Origin: Candidatus Omnitrophota bacterium
GTDB lineage: Bacteria > Omnitrophota > Gorgyraeia > JAGLLT01
Length of the DNA: 28,928 nucleotides
Assembly: GCA_030630095.1 (NCBI GenBank)
Contig: DAOVNW010000001.1
Span: forward strand, 1-28,928
Direction of reading: 5' to 3'
The position numbers and the translations under genes were made by a program. Shown one piece after another: positions 1 to 7,102 of the stretch. Position 1 is the first letter of the stretch, and each line of letters starts with the position of its first letter. A model generated the notes under the pieces. The model was given only the letters and a program-made list of their open reading frames with translations. It was not told the origin of the DNA and did no database searches.

Positions 1-456
1 CAGAGAGCCGGAGTCTGCTATTGGCAGGTCTATGGCTGAAATCTGGTCTGTTGAGGTCCCGAAGTCTAAGGAATCCTCATCAATAGAATTATCATATATA
101 TCCTCTCCGTCAAGTTTAGAAACGTCAGAGGCATGTTCCCAACTTAGAAAATACCCTAAATGAGTGTCGTTGAGTACGTTTGTTCCCAGGTCAAGGTCAT
201 TTGCATATATTCCATCTATTGCGGCGGTTGCTGATCCTATGCTATAAACATCATCTGCGGAGAATAAAAGATTTGCGGTAAAGGTAATGTCTTTAGTGGT
301 ATCATCCAGCGTGATTTGTGATAATTTATAATAGGTTCCGTCATTTGAATCCCAGGCAACAACACGCTTTTCAGCTCTGGCGGTTAGCGCGTTAAACATA
401 AACCCCAAGCATAAAAGGATAGTTGTAATCACTATTATAATAGTTGTTTTTTTCAT
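1..456 (-). CDS. 5' part (152 codons, runs off the window edge) of a putative tail fibre/appendage protein with an N-terminal signal peptide
   Basis: Missing from the ORF track because it is truncated. ATG at 456, 4 nt after the stop of 461..2452, and open to position 1: MKKTTIIIVITTILLCLGFMFNALTARA-EKRVVAWDSNDGTYIKLSQITLDDTTKDITFTANLLFSADDVYSIGSATAAIDGIYANDLDLG... It has a basic N-region, a hydrophobic core and an A-R-A cleavage motif, followed by a D/T/S/G/I-rich beta-type body. The fibre call rests on position and composition only. Confidence 0.6.
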   Translation of the reverse strand, partial: MKKTTIIIVITTILLCLGFMFNALTARAEKRVVAWDSNDGTYYKLSQITLDDTTKDITFTANLLFSADDVYSIGSATAAIDGIYANDLDLGTNVLNDTHLGYFLSWEHASDVSKLDGEDIYDNSIDEDSLDFGTSTDQISAIDLPIADSGSL

Positions 457-460
457 TATT

Positions 461-2452
461 TTAATATTTCCCTAAAATATATTTTTTTATATCACGTTTT
501 TTAGAAGTGATAACTTTTTGTTTTTTCTCATCTGATAATTTATCAAAAAACTTGTCTTTTCTTAGTTTAAGTAACTGATTAGAATATATTTTATTAAATT
601 CATCATTAGCTTTTTTAAACTGTTTCTCACTTACTTTACTTTTAAATTTTTGTATTTCTTGAGTTTTACTTTCGCTCCAATCTTCTGATGGAGTATAAGC
701 AGTAACGTTGATACCAAGACCATCCGCAATTAAACCCGCTAATTGCATTCCCATTGGTTCATCTTTAAGTTCATGGATATTTTCTATTGTAATTGGAACT
801 GTAAGACTAACGGTTTCACTTTTGATAGTAGGTTTTTTATAATCAAAGGTTTTTTGTTTAATAATGTTTTTTACTGTTGCGGTAGCAGGAGCAAACTTGC
901 CTTCTGTAAAATTCCATATTACATCCATTCCGTCTTGAGTTCCATATCCTTCCCCAAGTTTTTTAGTAATACCTGTTGTCGTGCTTGTTGTTCTTTGCGA
1001 TAATATTTTAGCCGCTAAAACAACAAGACCGCCCATGCCGCCAGTAGGGTCAAATCTTACCCAGCCAATTCTTATTTTTGCAAAATTAGAGCTGGTAGGG
1101 TTAAAAATATCCTTATTATCGTCTGGCCACAAAGTTTGAGCGATTTTAAGCATAACCCCTAAAGAAGAAACCACTGTCAAAAGATTTAGTGCCGCTTGTT
1201 TTCTTACAAATTCAGATTTACCTGATTTGAACATATCTGTTAAAAAATCAATATCTGATTTTACTTTTTTAATAGAAAAAAAAGTTTTATTTATTGCTTT
1301 TTGCCCTTTTTCTCCTAACGGGACTTTACCTCTGCCTGTCATGCTATTAACTAGTTGGTTTATACTGCCAGTTTCAAACTTATCAGTTAAGGCAACGCCG
1401 TTTTTTTCTGCCATATCATACATTTTATCGGCAACATCAACTCTTAATCTCATAGCCCCTGCTTCATAAGCTACTTCTGACGCTCTAAAACCTCGCCCTA
1501 AAACAGGGATTTTACTTGGGAATGATGTAGGAAATTCTTCTTCACCTGTACCAATATCAAGTTTTCTACCTAATTCATATCTGCCATTAAGATAGTTTTT
1601 TCTTGAATATATCTCTGCTTTTGTAGCGTCAATTATAGCATCACCAGCTTTGTTGCCGCCTTTTAGCGTTTTATAAATATCACTCCAAGATTTAATGAAA
1701 TTTCTACCCCAATCTTTAGCGTATCTCGGGTTTAATAATACTTTTATACCTTGTCTGCCAAAAAAACTGTTGTCATAAGATGCTTTTAATGACCTTGAGT
1801 TATCTGCAATAAAATTAGCCGCTACCTTTATATCCTGAATAACAGCGTCTGCTTTGCTTAAAATACCTGGTCTTTTTAAAGGATTAACAAGTTCGGCTTT
1901 CGTTGCTTTAAGTTTTAACGCCCCTGTATAATTATCAAGAGCAACTTTTGAAGCACCAAAATCAAGCCCGTCTTTAGGTGTTTCCCATGTAAAATCAGGG
2001 TTCATTTTTTCTCTTGCTATGCTCGTATTTTGTGATAATTCCGTTATTGTTTGAGCTTCTTCAAGTGTAACGTCAGCTTTATACTTCTTAGAAAAAACAT
2101 CACTGGTTATTTCGTTTAAAAATTGTTCGCTTTCCTTGGGGTCATAAACCCTTCTTTTTTTTTCTTCATAAGTTTTTTTTATTTTTGCAGTAGTGGCAAT
2201 TTTTTGTTCTTTTGACATACCAGTTGAGTCTTTTACCCAATCTACCATAGCTCTTTCTTCATTTACAAGTAACGATTTCTTTTCAAATGAAAGATTTAAC
2301 TCCTTAGCGTCTGCATTTCCTACAATTTTAGCCAATAAAGACCTTCTTGCCACAGAAGTCATAGCACTTAATTTATCAGGATTTAACTCACCACGTTTTA
2401 AAGCTTTCTTTAATGCTAATGCTTTATCTTTAGGTAAACAAAATATTGCCAT
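461..2452 (-). CDS. Putative internal virion/DNA-ejection protein (last of four)
   Basis: 663-aa Lys/Ala-rich helical-type ORF. RBS AGGAG overlaps the upstream TAG. It lies after the adaptor and nozzle genes, where podoviruses encode ejection proteins, and has one moderately hydrophobic stretch (AALNLLTVVSSLGVMLKIA). Function is inferred from position. Confidence 0.6.
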   Translation of the reverse strand: MAIFCLPKDKALALKKALKRGELNPDKLSAMTSVARRSLLAKIVGNADAKELNLSFEKKSLLVNEERAMVDWVKDSTGMSKEQKIATTAKIKKTYEEKKRRVYDPKESEQFLNEITSDVFSKKYKADVTLEEAQTITELSQNTSIAREKMNPDFTWETPKDGLDFGASKVALDNYTGALKLKATKAELVNPLKRPGILSKADAVIQDIKVAANFIADNSRSLKASYDNSFFGRQGIKVLLNPRYAKDWGRNFIKSWSDIYKTLKGGNKAGDAIIDATKAEIYSRKNYLNGRYELGRKLDIGTGEEEFPTSFPSKIPVLGRGFRASEVAYEAGAMRLRVDVADKMYDMAEKNGVALTDKFETGSINQLVNSMTGRGKVPLGEKGQKAINKTFFSIKKVKSDIDFLTDMFKSGKSEFVRKQAALNLLTVVSSLGVMLKIAQTLWPDDNKDIFNPTSSNFAKIRIGWVRFDPTGGMGGLVVLAAKILSQRTTSTTTGITKKLGEGYGTQDGMDVIWNFTEGKFAPATATVKNIIKQKTFDYKKPTIKSETVSLTVPITIENIHELKDEPMGMQLAGLIADGLGINVTAYTPSEDWSESKTQEIQKFKSKVSEKQFKKANDEFNKIYSNQLLKLRKDKFFDKLSDEKKQKVITSKKRDIKKYILGKY

Positions 2453-2460
2453 TATTTCTC

Positions 2461-5154
2461 CTAACAGGTTATTGAATCTACAAATTTATTCCAGTCATAT
2501 TTATTTGGTTTTGTTTTTGCCATTTTTTTCTTTAAAGAATCTTTTAAAGTGCTTTTTATTTTTTCAGGGTTACGACCTTTTAATTTCTTTTCAACTACCA
2601 TTTCTCTGGTTTTTGCTATTTCTTTTATTTTAGCAGTAGCAGAGTCTGGCGTTCTTTCTGCTGATAACCTTAGCGTCTGGGCTGCTGCGCTTATTTCTGT
2701 AGCTATAGGCGAATTAGCTAAATCCATTGCCAATTGACCATCTTTGGTTTGCATAGCATAATCTTCCATTACCTGTAAAGCTGTTGCGCCTTTTAATCCC
2801 TCTGGCAAGGCTTCTCTACCAGTTGCAATTCTTTTAGCTTTCTCAATATTCATTCTCATTATAGTAGCCATTTTATCAGCCTGTTCTTTAATAACCGCAG
2901 GAGTATATTCAGCTAATTCATTGAAACCTTTATCAATTAAACCTTTTTCTACAGCTTTGGCTTGAATGCTTTTTGCTACACCACTAACTTTTTTAGGTTC
3001 TTCTCTCGGCTTAAACGCCTCTACCTTTGCTTTCTTAGGTTCAAATGCCTTAACTTCCGGCTTGTGGGCTTGCTCAGATGTAGACAACTGCAACAGTTGT
3101 GTTTTGTTTAACCGTTCAACAATCTTACTCTTATCAAGAGGTGTGGCGTGTACTCTTACACGCCTACTTATTTCATAAGTTCCATCAGGTTTTCTTATTG
3201 CTTCTAATACAACCTTTCCGCCTTCTGCCGCATAAGTTGCAAAACCTGTTTTACCAAGAATAATGTCTACTTCATTTCTTGTCGCTCCATAAGGCTTATA
3301 AACGATGCCTCTCTCTGTCGCAAGCGTAGGATCCTTTAGAGATAACAGATATTCTGTTAATTGTTTTGCTTCTGCTCTATTTATATCTAGCCCCTGTCTC
3401 CCAAGTTTAGAACGACCTACTTCACGGAGCAACTCTTGTGCTGTTTTAAACCTACTGCCTTCTTCTTTCACCAAACCCTTCTTGGCTTCGGCTTCTAAGG
3501 AGACTGGGGCTTTCGGTTTAAACGCTTCAAGAGCAGGCTTTTCAGCAGGCTTATAGATATTATACATTCCTAAATTATCAATATCATCAGCTTTAATAGC
3601 GGCCTTTACATTCTCAAGTTTAGTCAAGGCACTCTTAATCGCCGCCGGAGTAGCTTTTCTGTCCGCTATAGGTGTCATATTACCAATAATATCGCCTGTG
3701 AGAGTCTTTTTAAGGGTATCTAACTTGATTCCGGGAGTCTTTGCTACACTGGCAATAGCTTTGTCAACCTGGGCCACGCCAGACTTAGGCAATGCTTTCA
3801 CTATAGGCTTAAAGGCTTCTGCGGGTTTAATATCTTTAAAAGTTTTCTTAATAACTGGTTTAAATGGTTCTGCTTTAGGCGTAACCTTAATGGGTTTTTT
3901 TAAAAATTCTTTGGTTAGTTTCTCATAAGCAGCATTGATTCTTATAAACTTCTGGGTAGCTTTTATCGGGTTTTTAGGATTTTTGTCTGGATGCCATTTA
4001 ACTGCTAATTTACGATAAGCACTTTTTACCGCTTGCGGAGAAGCCCCCTCTTTTAAGCCTAACTCCTGAAAAGCAGTTTTAGGCAGAGCTTTAAATATAT
4101 TTCCTACAGGCTCAAAGAACATTTTTCTAAGAATAGTGTCTGCTTTTCCGCCTGCTTTTAATACTTCCTTTTGAAAGAACGGTTTTTTTGCTAATGTTCC
4201 AAATATAACTGGGAATGCTTTTTGAATACCATACATTATTGCATACGATTGTGGTTTAGTGAAAAACTCCGTCATACCACCCCAAAAATCATACGCAAAC
4301 TTTTCAATATTGCCTTTAGGGTTTTTTAATTCAGATGGTTTTTGGAAGTCTTGCGGGTAATTGAGTTGACGTTGCATTATTTCATCCCAACCCATAGGAT
4401 TACCCTCGATGTCTCTTTGCATAAATTCTTCTTCTGTTATGCCTAATCTATCATCTTTTTCACCCCATAAAATATCTTGCGAAGCACCTTTAACTCCTTT
4501 AGGTAATTGGAATAATAACGCATGTTTTAATGCTGATTGATTTTCTTTTAAAAGCGTAGTTATATCTTTTAAAGGTTCTCCCAATGGAGTTATAAAATCT
4601 ATAGGTTTTATTCGGTCTCCAAATATTTTTCTTGTTATTTTTTGCCTTATTGTTGGTTTCCAAGGACTGATTGTTCCTGCGGTGGGCTGTGAGTAATAAC
4701 GTCCGTCTTTTCTTTTTGTTATATAATAACCGGCTTCTTTTTCTCCTTGTTCTGTTAAATGAAAAGTGGGATGTTTACGCCCTTTTAAAATTTGTCCTGT
4801 TTCCGGGGTTCGGCTTGGCCAATGGCCTGTTTCATCAGGGCTTATACCGTATTTTTCCGCTGTCTCATAATCATAGCCAGCCCCCTCTGGATCAAACTTT
4901 TCAGTAGCTTCTTTAGGTAGAAATACCTCACCTAATGCCTTTGGTAGTTTCTGCAATAAAGAAGGAGTCTTTTGGATATGAGTCGGAGGCACATCTCTAA
5001 AAATAACAGTCCTTATATTTTCATCAGAAGCAGAGTCGTAATCCGGGTCTGATTTTATTGTAAAATCATACCAATCCTCTAAAATAAGTCGCTTTTTATC
5101 AGGATCAGCTTTTTGGTAGTTTTCATGCTCTAATACTTCGGACAATCTTGTCAT
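2461..5154 (-). CDS. Large multidomain putative ejection/internal virion protein containing a DnaJ J-domain
   Basis: 897-aa ORF with an ATGA overlap with the upstream gene. Residues ~362-415 read AFQELGLKEGASPQAVKSAYRKLAVKWHPDKNPKNPIKATQKFIRINAAYEKL, a J-domain. Lys/Pro-rich linkers separate the modules. Confidence 0.7.
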   Translation of the reverse strand: MTRLSEVLEHENYQKADPDKKRLILEDWYDFTIKSDPDYDSASDENIRTVIFRDVPPTHIQKTPSLLQKLPKALGEVFLPKEATEKFDPEGAGYDYETAEKYGISPDETGHWPSRTPETGQILKGRKHPTFHLTEQGEKEAGYYITKRKDGRYYSQPTAGTISPWKPTIRQKITRKIFGDRIKPIDFITPLGEPLKDITTLLKENQSALKHALLFQLPKGVKGASQDILWGEKDDRLGITEEEFMQRDIEGNPMGWDEIMQRQLNYPQDFQKPSELKNPKGNIEKFAYDFWGGMTEFFTKPQSYAIMYGIQKAFPVIFGTLAKKPFFQKEVLKAGGKADTILRKMFFEPVGNIFKALPKTAFQELGLKEGASPQAVKSAYRKLAVKWHPDKNPKNPIKATQKFIRINAAYEKLTKEFLKKPIKVTPKAEPFKPVIKKTFKDIKPAEAFKPIVKALPKSGVAQVDKAIASVAKTPGIKLDTLKKTLTGDIIGNMTPIADRKATPAAIKSALTKLENVKAAIKADDIDNLGMYNIYKPAEKPALEAFKPKAPVSLEAEAKKGLVKEEGSRFKTAQELLREVGRSKLGRQGLDINRAEAKQLTEYLLSLKDPTLATERGIVYKPYGATRNEVDIILGKTGFATYAAEGGKVVLEAIRKPDGTYEISRRVRVHATPLDKSKIVERLNKTQLLQLSTSEQAHKPEVKAFEPKKAKVEAFKPREEPKKVSGVAKSIQAKAVEKGLIDKGFNELAEYTPAVIKEQADKMATIMRMNIEKAKRIATGREALPEGLKGATALQVMEDYAMQTKDGQLAMDLANSPIATEISAAAQTLRLSAERTPDSATAKIKEIAKTREMVVEKKLKGRNPEKIKSTLKDSLKKKMAKTKPNKYDWNKFVDSITC
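3916..4074 (-). other. J-domain (DnaJ/Hsp40 type) coding segment; HPD at 3985..3993
   Basis: Matches the J-domain consensus across all helices: 'LGL...AS...VKSAYRKLA..WHPDKNP.....A..KF..IN.AYE.L'. Confidence 0.92.
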
Positions 5155-5822
5155 TTGTATTTAGTCTCCAACCTATCTAAAAAACTTCCTTGGGAGCCAT
5201 AACTACCGCCCCCGGTTAGCTCTTTCATTTTCTTAGCAGTCTCAAGTTTCCGGGCCTCTATAATATCAGGCCTCTCACGCCATTTATCGTCAGGGGTCTG
5301 CTCCCAACCTTTTGGGCCGTATTCTCTTTCAAGTCTAAACTGCGCTAAACTTTTCGCAAGACTTTTGTCATATTCTTCGGTTTCTTTTCTTTTAGTTTCT
5401 TGAGCGCGTTTAAAAGTAGGACTTTCACGCCAGCCGGTAGGTGTTTTTTCCCAGCCACTCTGACTGTATTTTTCAGCAAGTTCTTGTTGTGCCTGACGTT
5501 GCTGAAATGCCTCACGTCTCTTGGCCTGGGTTTCCTCTGCAAGTCTGGTTTTTTCTGCCAGTTCTCTTTTTTCTTTCGCCATCCAGCTTTCTCCAAATGA
5601 CGCACGAACAGCAGCCACTGGATCGCTTATTCTTCCTGGTTGGCTATAAACCCGCCTTGTGCCTCCTCCGCCCCCACCTGAGGGCATACTTCTCAAAGTC
5701 AAAGCGCGTGCCTCTAAGGCTAACCTCTGCTCGGCTAAGTCCAGGCTTTTCTTCTCCGCTTCATTTGCTAATATTTGCGCAGGACTCAAGGCCATGGTAT
5801 TCGCGTCAATTCCGTAGGACAT
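5151..5822 (-). CDS. Putative small ejection/internal virion protein
   Basis: 223 aa, charged and helical with no Cys. RBS AAGGAG. Contains two YxxxGWExTP...WRExP repeats. Located in the ejection block. Confidence 0.55.
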   Translation of the reverse strand: MSYGIDANTMALSPAQILANEAEKKSLDLAEQRLALEARALTLRSMPSGGGGGGTRRVYSQPGRISDPVAAVRASFGESWMAKEKRELAEKTRLAEETQAKRREAFQQRQAQQELAEKYSQSGWEKTPTGWRESPTFKRAQETKRKETEEYDKSLAKSLAQFRLEREYGPKGWEQTPDDKWRERPDIIEARKLETAKKMKELTGGGSYGSQGSFLDRLETKYK

Positions 5823-5847
5823 AGTTATTTTCTCCTTATTTTATAGG

Positions 5848-6537
5848 TCATGCGTATGTTAGCTGGGGTATGGCAGTAATAGTTTGACCGTAAGTTGATT
5901 TCAAGGCTTCCGCGCCTCGTTGCTGTATATCTCCTACTTGCTGGCCATACTTACTCCATAAATCAGCTACCTGCGCTTTTCGCTTCTCTTTACCGCCTAT
6001 TTTTTCAAGTTCAATCTTACGCCTTAAATCCGCTAACTGGCCAGTCGTGCCGGCCATTACACCACGTGTTTGAGCTTGTCTAAAACCTCCAGGCCCGCCT
6101 GATTCTGATAGTTCTCTCATCTGCGCTTGTGCCCCGGCTTCGATTCCAGTTCTACCGGCTTCATACATCTGACTGGTTTCCTGTTCTCCTATAGCTTGCG
6201 GAGAGGCCGCTAAGCCCTCTATCTGCTGTTTAAACGGGTCTAAGGCCCCTAAACTTGCCTCTTTACCTGCTCTTATTTCAGCTAATGCAGATGTCCTGTC
6301 TGCCGCCGCTCCGGCTTGAGTCGCTTGCATAGCTTCCATAAAAGGCTTATATTGTGAGTCAAATGTTCCTTTAGGCTGGCCCCGGTAGTGCCTGCTTTTA
6401 GGGTCTGAATATGCCCGCTGTTGACGGGCTTCTGTTTCTGCAAGCACCATTTGCCGATTTCTTATATCCATGGGGCTACCTTTTTGATATCCATGTTGCC
6501 TTCCGTAAGCGGTTTCAGAACCAGGTCGATAAGACAT
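5848..6537 (-). CDS. Putative small ejection/pilot protein
   Basis: 229 aa, rich in Gly/Ala/Gln with no Cys. RBS GAGGAGG. It is the first gene after the tail genes, the position of P22 gp7/gp20-like pilot proteins. Confidence 0.55.
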   Translation of the reverse strand: MSYRPGSETAYGRQHGYQKGSPMDIRNRQMVLAETEARQQRAYSDPKSRHYRGQPKGTFDSQYKPFMEAMQATQAGAAADRTSALAEIRAGKEASLGALDPFKQQIEGLAASPQAIGEQETSQMYEAGRTGIEAGAQAQMRELSESGGPGGFRQAQTRGVMAGTTGQLADLRRKIELEKIGGKEKRKAQVADLWSKYGQQVGDIQQRGAEALKSTYGQTITAIPQLTYA

Positions 6538-6562
6538 ATTGCTACCTCCTCTTGTTATTCTT

Positions 6563-7102
6563 TTAAAATGGTTGTATTCCTTTAGAATCTATATCTACTG
6601 CTAATGTAAGTGTTCCTCCAGCGGCTGTTCCATGGTCAGTCGCAATTCCTAAACTTTGTTCCAGACCAGATGTCGGTAAAACGTTTGTTACATGCCCCGC
6701 GGTTGAGCTTAGCCATATCTTATTACCTTGACTTACTGTAATACCGCTTTGAATCGGCACATCAGATATTATTCCGTAATTCTGTACTAAAGCATTAGAC
6801 CCGTCTGTATAAAGGCAAAATGCGCGTGTCTTTTTATTGTTATCATCCGCGTCTGCTAAATTAACTGTATTAACACCTGAAAAATAAACCGGCATACCGG
6901 CTCTTAATAAATTACTGCTGCCGTCAATAAACCAGGCGGAGTTTTGCGTTATTGTATTTAACTGCGCGTCTGTAACTAAGTTTAAACCGTCTGCTATGTT
7001 TTCGTTATCTATATTACCATTAAGCAAAGCCAGGACAGACCTGACAAAGTCGTTATATCTTTTCTCACCGTTTACATTAAATCTATTTGCTATAAGACCC
7101 AT
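6563..7102 (-). CDS. Putative tail-tip/virion structural protein
   Basis: 179 aa with a TGATG overlap with the nozzle gene. An N-terminal helical segment (LLNGNIDNENI) precedes a beta-rich domain (G.PVY.SG.....LADAD...G..IWLS.TAG.VT...P..G..Q.LGIA) of a type common in phage fibre and cement proteins. Confidence 0.55.
   Translation of the reverse strand: MGLIANRFNVNGEKRYNDFVRSVLALLNGNIDNENIADGLNLVTDAQLNTITQNSAWFIDGSSNLLRAGMPVYFSGVNTVNLADADDNNKKTRAFCLYTDGSNALVQNYGIISDVPIQSGITVSQGNKIWLSSTAGHVTNVLPTSGLEQSLGIATDHGTAAGGTLTLAVDIDSKGIQPF

Noticed and set aside
2453-2463. Amber read-through fusing the 897-aa and 663-aa proteins, or genome-wide stop-codon recoding
   Set aside because: The in-frame continuation is TAG GAG AAA TAA, and genes across the window end cleanly at TAA, TAG and TGA.
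2438-2466. Split intein at the ...ITC* / MAIFCL junction
   Set aside because: The geometry is reversed and there are no intein blocks (no N-intein after the extein, no terminal His-Asn).
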